Of a DNA stretch of 64,000 nucleotides, positions 36,022 through 46,310 are shown in pieces. The notes under the pieces are model-generated. The model made no database searches. It was not told where the DNA came from and saw only the letters and a program-made list of their open reading frames with translations. This DNA comes from Acidimicrobiales bacterium (lineage in GTDB: Bacteria > Actinomycetota > Acidimicrobiia > Acidimicrobiales > AC-9): contig DASXCO010000094.1 in NCBI GenBank assembly GCA_036491125.1, positions 309-64,308 on the forward strand. Direction: 5' to 3'. Within the stretch, counting starts at the first letter, position 1; every line of letters begins with the position of its first letter. Position numbers and translations under genes: made by a program.

Positions 36022-37740
36022 TCAGAGGTCCCAGAACCGCTGACGCCCGGCGGCGACGAAGGACTCCTCGAGGCGCCGCTCGTCGTCGGGGGTGAATGGT
36101 CGATAGGCGGGCTCGCCGCGACCCCGCACGAAGATCGTGTCGCCTCCCGTCCGGTCCGATCGGAACTTCTGGTGGACGAGCGTCCGCTTCACGATCTTGT
36201 TCGTCGCCGTGGCCGGCATGGAGGCGGTCATCCTGAGGTAGCGGGGCCGCCACTTTGGGGCGACGTCGGCCTGGCCGTCGAGCCACGCGGCGAGCGCCGC
36301 ACCATCGGGTCGGCGCCCGTCTCGAAGCACGACGCAGGCCATGACCTGATCACCCGCCTGCTCGTCAGGTACGCCGTAGGCGGCGGCGACGACCACGTCG
36401 GGATGGCGGGACAGCGCCGACTCGATGGGGCCGGCGGGGAAGTTCTCGCCGTCGACCCTGATCCACTCGGCCGTCCGTCCGGCGAAGTAGAGGTACCCCT
36501 CGCCATCGACGTAGCCGAGGTCACCGCTCCAGTACCAGCCCCGACGGGTGGCTCGGGCGTTGGCCTCGAGGTTGTTGTAGTAGCCCTCGAAGGGACCGGA
36601 ACCGGCAGTGCTCACGATCTCGCCGACGCACTCCTCGGCGTTGACCAGCCGGCCGGCCGCGTCGAAGCGGGCCCCCGGAAGGAACCGGCCGTCCTCACCG
36701 ACGACCTTCACCGCTTCGCCCACCCGGCCCATGGCTCCCGGCGGCATCCCCGGCTCGCGGTTGACCGCCACACCACCCTCGGTGGCTCCGAAGGCGTCGA
36801 TCACCTCGACGCCGAAGCGGGCGCCGAACGCCTCGACCACCTGCGGCGATCCTTCGTTGCCGAAGGCGATCCGCATGGGGTTGTCGGCGTCGTCGGCCCG
36901 CGCCGGAGTGTCGAGGATGTAGGAGAGCGGCTTGCCCGTGTAATTGAAGTACGTGGCTCCGTACCGCCGCACGTCCTCGAGCCAGCGCGAGGCGCTGAAC
37001 CGCCGGGCCAGGCCGACCGATCCTCCGTGGACGATCGACGGTGCCCAGCCGACCATGACGGCGTTGGAATGGAACAGCGGCATGCTGACGTAACCGACAT
37101 CGTCGGGACCGAGGCCGAGCAGCATGCCCATGCGGTTGCCGGTGACCATGATCCGTCGCTGGCTGCAGATCACCGCCTTCGGGGCGTCGGACGTTCCGGA
37201 GGTGAACACGAGGGCCCAGATGGAGTCCGGCGAAGGATCGTCGACAGGCGGATCCCCGTCACCAACCTCGGCCAGGGCCTCGTCCAGCGAGCCGCCCAAT
37301 CGGGGCTCGGGATCGCCCGGGTCGGCGAACCGCCGGGACACCAGCACGCCGCCCTCCGACAGGCCCAGACCGTCGACGATGGGCTCCAGCAGGGGCTGGT
37401 GTCGGGGCTCGGTCACGATCATGGCCACGTCGGTGTGGGCGATGTCGCGCCGCAGGCTCTCGCCGCGACGGGTGTGGTTGAGCCCCACGATCGCGGCCCC
37501 GGCGAGGGCCGCGCCCCCGAGAGCGAAGAGGTAGTCCGGGACGTTGTCCAGCAGCACGCCGACGTGGAAGGGGCGTCCCGGCAGACGGCGGGAGACGAAC
37601 AGGTTCGCCCACCGCCGGCACTCGGCCACGTACTCGCCGTGGGTCCAGCTGCGCTCGCCGAAGCGCACGGCGGGCCGGGGCGAGATGTCCGGGTCTGACG
37701 CATTGCGCCGTAGGAGGGCGGCGGCGGTCGGCGCTGGCAT
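36022..37740 (-). CDS. Acyl-CoA synthetase / AMP-dependent ligase
   Basis: ORF 36022..38421 trimmed to the ATG at 37740. AMP-binding motifs LVFTSGTSDAPKAV and WYWSGDLGYVDGEGYLYFAGR. Confidence 0.85.
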   Translation of the reverse strand: MPAPTAAALLRRNASDPDISPRPAVRFGERSWTHGEYVAECRRWANLFVSRRLPGRPFHVGVLLDNVPDYLFALGGAALAGAAIVGLNHTRRGESLRRDIAHTDVAMIVTEPRHQPLLEPIVDGLGLSEGGVLVSRRFADPGDPEPRLGGSLDEALAEVGDGDPPVDDPSPDSIWALVFTSGTSDAPKAVICSQRRIMVTGNRMGMLLGLGPDDVGYVSMPLFHSNAVMVGWAPSIVHGGSVGLARRFSASRWLEDVRRYGATYFNYTGKPLSYILDTPARADDADNPMRIAFGNEGSPQVVEAFGARFGVEVIDAFGATEGGVAVNREPGMPPGAMGRVGEAVKVVGEDGRFLPGARFDAAGRLVNAEECVGEIVSTAGSGPFEGYYNNLEANARATRRGWYWSGDLGYVDGEGYLYFAGRTAEWIRVDGENFPAGPIESALSRHPDVVVAAAYGVPDEQAGDQVMACVVLRDGRRPDGAALAAWLDGQADVAPKWRPRYLRMTASMPATATNKIVKRTLVHQKFRSDRTGGDTIFVRGRGEPAYRPFTPDDERRLEESFVAAGRQRFWDL

Positions 37741-37817
37741 CGGCGCGGCTCCGGGAGCGGGCGCGTCTCGCCGCGGCGCGCCCGCGTTGGCTGCCGTCGC
37801 ACCGAGCACCCCGTCTC

Positions 37818-37833
37818 CTGACACGGGCGTCAC
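37818..37833. promoter_or_regulatory. Putative operator CTGAC-acgggc-GTCAC
   Basis: TGAC-N6-GTCA palindrome between the divergent acyl-CoA synthetase and nitroreductase genes. Confidence 0.45.
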
Positions 37834-37839
37834 ATTATT

Positions 37840-38448
37840 ATGATCCCACCGATGGCGGACCTCTTCGACGTCGTCGGCCGCCAGCGTGCGTGTCGGCAGT
37901 TCCGGCCCGATCCCGTGGAGGACGAGCTCGTCGTGCGCTGCCTCGCTGCGGCCACGTTCGCCCCGAGCGCTGAGAACCGTCAACCTTGGGCCTTCGTCGT
38001 CGTCCGGGACCCCGGGCTGCGGGCCGTGATCGGGGACCTCACCAGACGGGCGTGGGAGGGAGGGGGTCGCCAGCACTCGGAGGACAGGCTGGCCTCCGGT
38101 CTCCTCGCGGACGTCGATCGCGGCGCCGCGGGGGGCGTGGCCGGGGCGCCGATCCTGGTCGTGGTGTGTGGCGACACGCGGCTGGGCCTGGAGGTGACCC
38201 TGCAGGCATCGATCTTTCCCGCCATCCAGAACCTGCTCCTTGCGGCCACCGCCCTCGGGTTGGGGTCGGCGCTCACCACGCTGCCCGTCTCTTTCGACAG
38301 CGAGCTGCGCACGGCGCTGGCGCTCCCCGACCCGGTCCACCCTCTCGCCGTCGTCCCCCTGGGTTGGCCGGTTCGTGCGTTGGGTCGCCCGCGGCGCCAA
38401 CCGCTCGCGGAGAAGGCCCACCGCGACCGCTACGGGGCGCGGTGGTGA
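37840..38448 (+). CDS. Nitroreductase family protein
   Basis: RRACRQFRPDPV...APSAENRQPWAFVVV nitroreductase signature. Confidence 0.85.
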   Translation: MIPPMADLFDVVGRQRACRQFRPDPVEDELVVRCLAAATFAPSAENRQPWAFVVVRDPGLRAVIGDLTRRAWEGGGRQHSEDRLASGLLADVDRGAAGGVAGAPILVVVCGDTRLGLEVTLQASIFPAIQNLLLAATALGLGSALTTLPVSFDSELRTALALPDPVHPLAVVPLGWPVRALGRPRRQPLAEKAHRDRYGARW

Positions 38449-38452
38449 ACGC

Positions 38453-39346
38453 CTAGTCCTTCTTGCCGATGAGGGGATGGGCTGGCATGCCCACCGGCTG
38501 CAGATGCTGGCCGAGGACCTCGTGGAAGTGCTCGGCCACGCCTTCGGGGTCCCACCCTCCGTCCCGCCACATGGCCGCCACCTGGCGGGGCGTCTGGAAG
38601 AGGGTGAAGGCGTAGCCCGTCCGGCCCAGGACCTGGCCGTTGACGTACGACGCCTGCTCGGAAGCGAGGAAGGCGACGAGCGGAGCGTTGAGCGAGGGGT
38701 CCTGGTCGGGGGGCGGCTCGCTCCCCGTCCGCTCGTAGAGCCCGGCCGTCATGCGGGTGGTACCCGCCGGCGCCACGGCGTTGACCGTGATGCCGTTGCG
38801 GGCCAGCTCGAGGGCCCACACGAAGGTCATCCCCATGATGCCGGCCTTGGCGGCGCCGTAGTTGGTCTGGCCGAAGTTGCCGCGAAGACCCGCCGACGAG
38901 GTGATGTTGACGATGCGTCCGTAGCCCGCCTCCCGCATCCGCTCGGCCGCGTGCCGCGTGCAGTTGAACGTGCCCTTCAGGTGGACGGCTACCACGGCGT
39001 CGAAGTCGTCTTCGCTCATCTTCACCAGGGTCCGGTCCCGGATGATGCCGGCGTTGTTGACCAGGATGTCGATCCGGCCGAAGGTGTCGACAGCGGTCTC
39101 GATGATGCGTCCGGCGGCGGCGAACTCGCTCACCGAGTCGTAGGACGGTACCGCCTTTCCTCCCGCTGCTTCGATGTCGGCGCACGCCTGGGCTGCGGCG
39201 TCATTGTCGCCGCCCCGGCCGTCGAGCGACACGCCGACATCGTTGACGACGACACTGGCGCCCTGCTGGGCGAGGCATAAGGCGATCTCGCGGCCGATGC
39301 CCCGGCCGGCGCCGGTCACGACCGCAACCCTTCCGTCGAGCAGCAT
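38453..39346 (-). CDS. SDR family oxidoreductase (3-hydroxyacyl-CoA dehydrogenase-like)
   Basis: VTGAGRGIGR, NNAG and YGAAK motifs. Confidence 0.88.
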   Translation of the reverse strand: MLLDGRVAVVTGAGRGIGREIALCLAQQGASVVVNDVGVSLDGRGGDNDAAAQACADIEAAGGKAVPSYDSVSEFAAAGRIIETAVDTFGRIDILVNNAGIIRDRTLVKMSEDDFDAVVAVHLKGTFNCTRHAAERMREAGYGRIVNITSSAGLRGNFGQTNYGAAKAGIMGMTFVWALELARNGITVNAVAPAGTTRMTAGLYERTGSEPPPDQDPSLNAPLVAFLASEQASYVNGQVLGRTGYAFTLFQTPRQVAAMWRDGGWDPEGVAEHFHEVLGQHLQPVGMPAHPLIGKKD

Positions 39347-39393
39347 GCGTCGAAAGCTAGCCGCTCGAGTCGGCGGTGCTCGACGGGCCCAAG

Positions 39394-39409
39394 CTGACGT
39401 GCGTGTCGT
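39394..39409. promoter_or_regulatory. Weak putative operator CTGAC-gtgcgt-GTCGT
   Basis: Left half is perfect and right half matches 3 of 5. Located in the SDR/TetR divergent region. Confidence 0.3.
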
Positions 39410-39433
39410 GTTTCGGCACTACGCTCGGCGCGG

Positions 39434-40267
39434 GTGGCAACCGGCAAGAGGGCGACCGGCAAGAAGCCGACAAGGACTGCCGCCACCAAGGGCTCGGCGG
39501 GCTCGGCGGCGAGGGGGTCGGGCTCCGCGTCCAAGCGACGGACCGGGTCGGGCCGGTCGAGCGGAGACGGCGCCCGGTCAGGGCAGGGTGGTCCCGCTCG
39601 GGATCGGGCCCTGCGGGCCCGGGGCCAGCGCACGATGGGTCGGCTGCTCGATGCCGGGGTGGACGTGCTGCGCCAGCGGGGCTACCAGGCGGCGCGGGTC
39701 GACGACATCGTCAAGGCGGCAGAGACCTCTCACGGTACGTTCTACTTGTACTTCGCCAATAAGGAAGACCTGTTTCGGGCCCTGGCCCTGGACGTGGCCG
39801 ACGCCATGGTCGCCCTGGCCGAGTCGCTGGGACCCGTGGGACCCGACCGTGAGGGCTTCGCTGAGCTCCGTCAGTGGATGGGTCGGTTCGCCGACCTCTA
39901 TCGGCGCCACCGCGCCGTGATCCAGGCCTGGACGGAGGCCGAGACGGGAGCGAGCGAGTTCGGTCGCCTGGGAACCGAGCTCATGACCCGGTTCACCCAG
40001 GTGCTCATCGACCGCATCGACCGGACGAGCGTGGTTGGCGTCGACCCGCAGATCGCTGCCCTGGCCATGGTGGCCATGATCGAGCGCTTCAACTACTACC
40101 TGCTCAGCAGGCAGACCACGGTGACCAGAGACCAGATGCTGGACACCCTGACGACGATCGCCCACATCGGGCTCTTCGGAGGCCGGCGACGGCCGGCCCG
40201 GGAGGCCGGCCCGGGAAAGCAGCCGGCCCGGACGGCGCGAGCGACCCGGGCCACCTCCGCCCGCTGA
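39434..40267 (+). CDS. TetR/AcrR family transcriptional regulator with basic N- and C-terminal tails
   Basis: HTH core RLLDAGVDVLRQRGYQAARVDDIVKAAETSHGTFYLYFANKEDLF. The N-tail has good GC3 but the start is uncertain. Confidence 0.85.
   Translation: MATGKRATGKKPTRTAATKGSAGSAARGSGSASKRRTGSGRSSGDGARSGQGGPARDRALRARGQRTMGRLLDAGVDVLRQRGYQAARVDDIVKAAETSHGTFYLYFANKEDLFRALALDVADAMVALAESLGPVGPDREGFAELRQWMGRFADLYRRHRAVIQAWTEAETGASEFGRLGTELMTRFTQVLIDRIDRTSVVGVDPQIAALAMVAMIERFNYYLLSRQTTVTRDQMLDTLTTIAHIGLFGGRRRPAREAGPGKQPARTARATRATSAR
40181..40231. repeat. GGCCGGCC-cggga-GGCCGGCC hairpin element embedded in the 3' end of the TetR gene
   Basis: Its reverse complement shares about 24 nt (ggccggcctcccgggccggccgtc) with the ACAD minisatellite unit. 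It encodes the ...[15 protein letters not shown] tail. Confidence 0.6.
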
Positions 40268-40279
40268 CCCGCCATCGCC

Positions 40280-41446
40280 ATGGACTTCGACTACCCGCCC
40301 GAGGCGGAAAAGCTTCGACACGAGCTCCGGACCTGGCTGGACGCCAACTTGAGCGACCGCCTCCGGGGCGCGACATGGGCCAGCGCGACCGACGCCGACC
40401 ACGAGGACGTGGCCCTGCTACGGGAGTGGAACGCCAAGCTTGCCGACGCTGGCTACGCCGCCATCGCCTGGCCCGAGGAGTACGGCGGCCGCGGCGCCGG
40501 CGTGATGGAGCAGGTCGTGCTGGCCGAGGAGATGAACCGGGCCGGCGCGCCAGGGACGCTCAACCCCATCGGCATCTCGAACATCGCCCCGGCGATCATG
40601 GCGCACGGGACAGAGGAGCAGAAGCGGCGGCTCCTCCCCAGGATGCGGCGTGGCGACGACATCTGGTGCCAGGGCTTCTCCGAGCCTGACGCCGGCTCGG
40701 ACCTGGCCTCGCTGAGGATGTCTGGCGTGCGGGACGGCGACCACTACCTCGTCAACGGCCAGAAGGTCTGGAACACCCTGGGAAACCTGGCGAACTGGTG
40801 CGAGGTCCTCGTGCGGACCGACCCCTCGGTGTCCCGCCATCGCGGCATCAGCTGCCTGCTCGTCGATATGACGCTCCCCGGTATCGAGGTCCGCCCGCTC
40901 GTCACCATCACCGGCGAGCGGGACTTCAACGAGATCTTCTTCACCGATGTACGGGTACCGAGCTCGAGTCTCCTCGGATCGGAGAACGACGGCTGGAGGG
41001 TGGCCATGACCACCCTCACCCACGAGCGCGGCGGCGTCGCCGATCTCCACCTGGGGCTGCGCAAGAGGATCAGGACCCTCCTCGATCTCGCCCGATCGAC
41101 CATGATCGACGGACGACCGGCGTCGCAGGACCCGGTGCTCCGCCAGCGCCTGGCCGGCGTCTACCTCGAGGGAGAGCTCCTCAAGCTCCTCAGCGACCGC
41201 GCCCTCTCGGCGGCCATCCACGGGCGGGAGCTCGGGCCCGAGTCGAGCGTCGCCAAGCTCGTCTGGAGCCAGGCCGGGCAACACCTCGCCGAGGTCGCCG
41301 CCGACGTGCTCGGTCGGGTGGCCGCCGACGGGCCCTGGGCGCGGGATCTGCTCGCCTCACGCTCACTCACCATCGCCGGGGGCACTACCCAGGTGAACAA
41401 GAACATCATCGCCCAACGTATCCTGGGGCTACCTCGGTCGAGCTGA
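40280..41446 (+). CDS. Acyl-CoA dehydrogenase
   Basis: CQGFSEPDAGSDLASL and GGTTQVNKNIIAQRILGLPR. Confidence 0.9.
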   Translation: MDFDYPPEAEKLRHELRTWLDANLSDRLRGATWASATDADHEDVALLREWNAKLADAGYAAIAWPEEYGGRGAGVMEQVVLAEEMNRAGAPGTLNPIGISNIAPAIMAHGTEEQKRRLLPRMRRGDDIWCQGFSEPDAGSDLASLRMSGVRDGDHYLVNGQKVWNTLGNLANWCEVLVRTDPSVSRHRGISCLLVDMTLPGIEVRPLVTITGERDFNEIFFTDVRVPSSSLLGSENDGWRVAMTTLTHERGGVADLHLGLRKRIRTLLDLARSTMIDGRPASQDPVLRQRLAGVYLEGELLKLLSDRALSAAIHGRELGPESSVAKLVWSQAGQHLAEVAADVLGRVAADGPWARDLLASRSLTIAGGTTQVNKNIIAQRILGLPRSS

Positions 41447-41462
41447 CGGAGGAAACTCATCC

Positions 41463-42593
41463 ATGCGCACTGCGGCAACCGATCTCGTCGGCATCGACGT
41501 TCCCATCTTCGGCTTCAGCCATTGTCGCGACGTCGTAGCGGCGGTCACCAATGCCGGTGGTTGCGGCGTGCTCGGCGCCGTGGCCCACAACCCGGAACAG
41601 CTCGACATCGACCTCAGCTGGATCGAGCAGGAGGTGAAGGGCAAGCCCTACGGGGTCGACCTGCTCGTACCCGAGAAGTTCGCCGGCGCCGAGGAGGGTG
41701 GGCTCGATCGCACCCAGCTGCGAGGCCTCGTACCCGAGGAGCACGCGGCCTGGGTCGACGACCTCCTGAGCCGCTACCACGTGCCGCCTGCCCCCGCCGA
41801 CGGCGCAGCCTTCAGTGGCATCGGCGGGTTGCGGATCGACCCCAGGAGCATGGCGCCCCTCCTCGACGTGCTCTTCGGGCATCAGACCCGCCTGGTGGCA
41901 TCCGCCCTCGGTCCGCCGCCGACACACTTCATCGAGCGCGCCCACGCTTCCGACATCCCGGTCGCCGCCCTCGCGGGCTCGGTCGAGCACGCCCGCAGGC
42001 ATGTGCAGGCGGGCGCCGACCTGATCGTGGCCCAAGGGACCGAGGCCGGCGGCCACACGGGCCTGGTCGCCACGATGGTGCTCGTGCCCGAGGTGGTCGA
42101 CGTGGTCGCACCGGTTCCCGTGCTCGCCGCCGGGGGCATCGCCCGCGGCCGTCAGCTGGCGGCGGGCCTGGCCCTCGGGGCCGACGGCGCGTGGTGCGGC
42201 TCGGTGTGGCTGACGACCGAGGAGGCCGAGACACCACCGGTGGTCAAGGACAAGTTCCTACGGGCGGGCCTCGGGGACACGGTGCGGTCACGATCAATGA
42301 CCGGGAAGCCGGCGAGGATGCTGCGCACAGCGTGGACCGACGAGTGGGAGCGTCCCGACGGCCCCGACCCCCTGCCGATGCCGATCCAGCCACTTCTCAT
42401 CGGCGACGCCATGCGCCGCATCCACCGCGTCGCCGGCAAAGAGGGCACCGGTGCGAACGACCTGGTCACGTATTTCGTGGGGCAGGTCGTGGGCTCGATG
42501 GACACGGTGCGACCTACCCGCCGGGTGGTGCTGGAGATGGTCGAGGAGTTCATCGACACCCTCCAGCGCCTCGACGACCTAGTGAAGGACTAG
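41463..42593 (+). CDS. Nitronate monooxygenase / 2-nitropropane dioxygenase family (NMO) FMN oxidoreductase
   Basis: VPIFGFSH...GGCGVLGA and GTEAGGHTG motifs. Confidence 0.85.
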   Translation: MRTAATDLVGIDVPIFGFSHCRDVVAAVTNAGGCGVLGAVAHNPEQLDIDLSWIEQEVKGKPYGVDLLVPEKFAGAEEGGLDRTQLRGLVPEEHAAWVDDLLSRYHVPPAPADGAAFSGIGGLRIDPRSMAPLLDVLFGHQTRLVASALGPPPTHFIERAHASDIPVAALAGSVEHARRHVQAGADLIVAQGTEAGGHTGLVATMVLVPEVVDVVAPVPVLAAGGIARGRQLAAGLALGADGAWCGSVWLTTEEAETPPVVKDKFLRAGLGDTVRSRSMTGKPARMLRTAWTDEWERPDGPDPLPMPIQPLLIGDAMRRIHRVAGKEGTGANDLVTYFVGQVVGSMDTVRPTRRVVLEMVEEFIDTLQRLDDLVKD

Positions 42594-42684
42594 CCCGCCG
42601 CCTACCCTCGATCAGCGTCGTCTCCGGGGCCGGAACTAATCTCGACATCGCTCGCGCCGACGTGGGCCCACAGAGGAGGCGATC

Positions 42685-43965
42685 GTGGCCTGGGATTTCT
42701 CGACCGATCCGGACTTTCAGGAACAGCTCGACTGGGTGGAGGAGTTCTGTCGGACCGAGATCGAGCCCCTCGACCTGGTGTTCCCCGGAGCGCCCTGGTC
42801 GCGCAACCCCAAGGCCAAGGCCCTTGCCGATCCGCTCAAGCAGCGGGTCAAGGACCGCGGGCTGTGGGCTCTTTTCCTCGACGAGGAGCTCGGCGGTCCC
42901 GGCTACGGCCAGCTCAACCTGGCGCTCCTCAACGAGATCCTCGGCCGCTACGGCTCGGCGCCGGTCGTCTTCGGCACCTCCGCCCCCGACACGGGGAACA
43001 TGGAGATGCTCGCCGCCTACGGGACCGAGGAGCAGAAGCAGCGCTGGCTGCGCCCGCTCATGAACCAGGAGATCTTCTCGGCCTATTCGATGACCGAGCC
43101 CCAGGGGGGGTCGGATCCCAACCTGTTCCACACCCACGCCATTCGTGACGGCGAGGAGTGGGTCATCAACGGCGAGAAGTGGTTCACCAGCCTGGGTGCT
43201 CGCGCCGACATCCTCTTCGTGATGTGCACCAACGGCATGTTCGTGGTCCCCCGGGAGACGCCGGGCGTGGAGTTCATGGACTACCCGCAGACGCACAACC
43301 ACGTCCGGTACAACGACGTGCGGGTGCCACTGGACCACCTGCTCGGGCCGGAGGACGGCGCCAAGGTCCTTGCCCAGCGGCGCCTCGGCGGCGGCCGCAT
43401 CCACCACGCCATGCGCACCGTCGCCCAGGTGAAGCGGGCCTTCGACATGATGTGCGAGCGCGCCCTCAGTCGCGAGTCACACGGCAAGGTCATCGGCGAA
43501 CACCAGATGGTCCAGGAGGCCATCGCCGACTCCTACGCCGAGATCAACATGCTGCGTCTCCTCGTCCTGTGGACGGCGTGGACGATCGACAACTCCAGCA
43601 CCCAGGAGGCCCGCACCCAGATCGCCGCGTGCAAGTACACCTGCGGAAAGGTCCTCCGCGAGGTGACCTACCGGGCCCTGCACATCCTGGGCTCGCTCGG
43701 GACCACCAACCTCACTCCCCTCCAGGCCATGTGGGCCAGCGCCCCGACCATGGCAATTCAGGATGGCGTCGACGAGGTCCACAAGGTCACGGTCGCCCGC
43801 AACGTGCTCAAGGGCTATCGGCCCCACCCCGGCCTCTGGCCAACTGAGTACCTGCCCGCCAAGCGCCAGGAAGCCAGGAAGAAGTACGCCACGCAGCTGG
43901 CCGCCGACCCCGACCTGGCTGCGTGGGCCGATCACGCCGAGCGGTCAATGGCGAGAGGCCACTAG
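42685..43965 (+). CDS. Acyl-CoA dehydrogenase
   Basis: AYSMTEPQGGSDP and ACAD C-terminal helices. Confidence 0.9.
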   Translation: MAWDFSTDPDFQEQLDWVEEFCRTEIEPLDLVFPGAPWSRNPKAKALADPLKQRVKDRGLWALFLDEELGGPGYGQLNLALLNEILGRYGSAPVVFGTSAPDTGNMEMLAAYGTEEQKQRWLRPLMNQEIFSAYSMTEPQGGSDPNLFHTHAIRDGEEWVINGEKWFTSLGARADILFVMCTNGMFVVPRETPGVEFMDYPQTHNHVRYNDVRVPLDHLLGPEDGAKVLAQRRLGGGRIHHAMRTVAQVKRAFDMMCERALSRESHGKVIGEHQMVQEAIADSYAEINMLRLLVLWTAWTIDNSSTQEARTQIAACKYTCGKVLREVTYRALHILGSLGTTNLTPLQAMWASAPTMAIQDGVDEVHKVTVARNVLKGYRPHPGLWPTEYLPAKRQEARKKYATQLAADPDLAAWADHAERSMARGH

Positions 43966-43977
43966 AGCCGCACCGCG

Positions 43978-44814
43978 TCACGATCGGGCGAAATACTCGA
44001 AGTCCGCCATCAGGGCCTGGTGCCGCGCCTCGATGCCGGCGCGGGCGTCCGGATGGGTCAGGATGTGCAAACGGTTGGCGGTGATGCCGCGCACGACACA
44101 CTGGCCAACCTCCTCTCCGGACATCGCGTGCTCCGGCCGTTGCGCCCACGTGGTGACATCCGTGCGCTGTTCGCCGGCGCCCGGAGCGAGCCGAAGCGAC
44201 GTCTCCATCAAGTTGGAGTGGACCTGCCCCGGGCAGAGGACCGAGACGCCGATGCCCTCAGGTTCGAGCTCGGTGCGAAGCGTCTCGGTGAAGCCAAGAA
44301 GGGCGTGCTTGGTCGTGGTGTACAAGCCGAGATGAACCCCACCAGCCCGGGCAGGAGGCACGCACCGAAGGGCGGCCATCGAGGCCGTGACCACGACAGC
44401 CGCCGGCGGGCCGCTGGCGCGCAGATACGGAAGGAACACGTCGACTGCCCTGACGGCCGACATCAGGTTGAGCTCGATGATCCAGGACCAATCCTCGTCG
44501 GCGGCCGAGTCGAGGGGACGGTTGGCGAACACTCCCACGTTCGTCGACAGGACGTGGACTGCGCCGTAGCGGGCGACCGCCCGATCAGCCAGAGTTGCCA
44601 GGGAGGCGCGGTCCCTGCCGTCGACGCTGACGTGGGTGGCGGCACCCCCGGTGGTCAAGATCTCCTCGGCGACCGCCGCCGCCGACTCGCCTTGTATGTC
44701 GCCGACCACCACGCGCATCCCCTCGGCGGCCAGCGCCAGGGCGATGCCTCGCCCGATACCGCTGCCGCCGCCGATGACCACGGCGTTGCGGCCTTCGAGG
44801 TCCGAGGCCAGCAT
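43978..44814 (-). CDS. SDR family oxidoreductase
   Basis: ORF trimmed to MLASDLEGRNAVVIGGGSGIGRG (aa 40 of the track ORF). TGATG junction with the upstream gene. Confidence 0.85.
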   Translation of the reverse strand: MLASDLEGRNAVVIGGGSGIGRGIALALAAEGMRVVVGDIQGESAAAVAEEILTTGGAATHVSVDGRDRASLATLADRAVARYGAVHVLSTNVGVFANRPLDSAADEDWSWIIELNLMSAVRAVDVFLPYLRASGPPAAVVVTASMAALRCVPPARAGGVHLGLYTTTKHALLGFTETLRTELEPEGIGVSVLCPGQVHSNLMETSLRLAPGAGEQRTDVTTWAQRPEHAMSGEEVGQCVVRGITANRLHILTHPDARAGIEARHQALMADFEYFARS

Positions 44815-46310
44815 CAGGGCTTCACCAGATTGACGTTCCCCTCTCCGGGGACGAGCTCGACACGCGCACCGACGAGCTCGCGCTGCTCGGCCTCGGCCAG
44901 CAGATCGGCGTCCTCCATCCTGGCGTAGCAACGCGTGCCGTCGGGCAGGTCACACACGGCCAGGCCCCAGTCGGCGGCGCCGTCACGGCCGTGGGCGACG
45001 GTGTAGGTAGCCATGCTGGCCTCACCGGAGGCAACGTCGCGGATCGCCCGCCGGGGCCGGGCGTCCAGGCCGGACTGGACCTCGGCCGAGCTCGGCGGGC
45101 GAACCGGACCGGGTGTCGTGGAGTAGAGGCCCGAGACGTGCTTGGTCATGTGCATCCCCACGCCGGTGACCAACCCGAGCGCACCGGGATCCTGCCTGAG
45201 GACGTCAGCCATGGTGGCGATGGAGTGCGTCATGTAGTTGCTCCCCGCCCCACCGGCGAAGGGCAGGCCCCCTGTAACGGTCACACCCCGCTGGTCATCC
45301 TGGGCCAGGCCGAGCGCGTCGAGTGCGAAGTTGATCGAGCTGCCGAAGCAGCTGTAGAGATCCAGATGGCCGACGTCGTCGATGCCGACTCCGGCCACCC
45401 GGAGGGCCTCGGCATCCGCGACACGCATGGCCGGTGACGCCCACGTGGGATCGTGCTCGGCCACGTACACCGGATCGGTGGCGAAGCACCACCCCCTGAG
45501 GTACACCCGGCGGTCGGGCGCGATACCGAGGGCGTCAGCCTTCTCGTGACTGGCGATGATGACCGCGGCGGCCATGTCGACGTCCATGATCGAGACCATG
45601 TACTTCGTGTACGGGTACCCGACCATGCGGTTGTCGGGGCTGGCCGTCGTCAGCTCCTCGGCGCTGCGTCGCGTCGGGAACCAGGCGTAGGGGTTGGCGG
45701 CGGCCACGTCGGTCATGGGAGCCATCAGCTCACCGAGCTGATGGCGGTAGGCCTCCGGCTCGATGTGGAGATGGGCGCGCCGGGCGATGTCCCACACCGC
45801 GAACGTCAGCCAGGCCTGGAAGACCTCGTGCGTCACCTCGGCGGGGTGGAACGGGGCCTCGAACGGGAAGGGTTTGCGCTCGGGGTCCGGGTAGCTCCAC
45901 GCCGGCTTCGTCCCCGCCTTCTTCATCTGGCGTCGTGTCTCGAGGCACTCGGCTCCGGTGATCAGGGCCAGGTCCGACTCTCCCCGGAGGATGGACTCTG
46001 CCGTGGTCTGCACCAGCAGCTGGGGCGTGGTCCCGCCGATACCCGAGTAGAGACGGTGGCGCGGCGACGCGCCCAGCGGCTCCGCCAGGCGCCCCGGAGG
46101 GTCGTCGTACTGCCAGCTCTGGCAGTACACGATCTGCAGGCTGTCCAGCTGCTCGAGGACCGCGGCTCGGCCGCTGTCCGCAGCGGCGGCGCGCGCCACC
46201 TCGTCCCACATGACGAGGGGCTCAGGGGCTCCGTTCGGGAAGTCCGCCGAGCGCCAGACACGCTGACCAACACCGATCAGGCACGGGGTGCGGGGATCGA
46301 CGTCGGCCAC
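44814..46310 (-). CDS. Thiolase-like protein with C-terminal DUF35-type OB fold
   Basis: Thiolase-fold blocks (LITGAECL, DLYSCFGSS, GGLPFAGGAGSNY) plus an OB-like tail (ATYTVAHGRDG...GARVELV). Confidence 0.75.
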   Translation of the reverse strand: MADVDPRTPCLIGVGQRVWRSADFPNGAPEPLVMWDEVARAAAADSGRAAVLEQLDSLQIVYCQSWQYDDPPGRLAEPLGASPRHRLYSGIGGTTPQLLVQTTAESILRGESDLALITGAECLETRRQMKKAGTKPAWSYPDPERKPFPFEAPFHPAEVTHEVFQAWLTFAVWDIARRAHLHIEPEAYRHQLGELMAPMTDVAAANPYAWFPTRRSAEELTTASPDNRMVGYPYTKYMVSIMDVDMAAAVIIASHEKADALGIAPDRRVYLRGWCFATDPVYVAEHDPTWASPAMRVADAEALRVAGVGIDDVGHLDLYSCFGSSINFALDALGLAQDDQRGVTVTGGLPFAGGAGSNYMTHSIATMADVLRQDPGALGLVTGVGMHMTKHVSGLYSTTPGPVRPPSSAEVQSGLDARPRRAIRDVASGEASMATYTVAHGRDGAADWGLAVCDLPDGTRCYARMEDADLLAEAEQRELVGARVELVPGEGNVNLVKP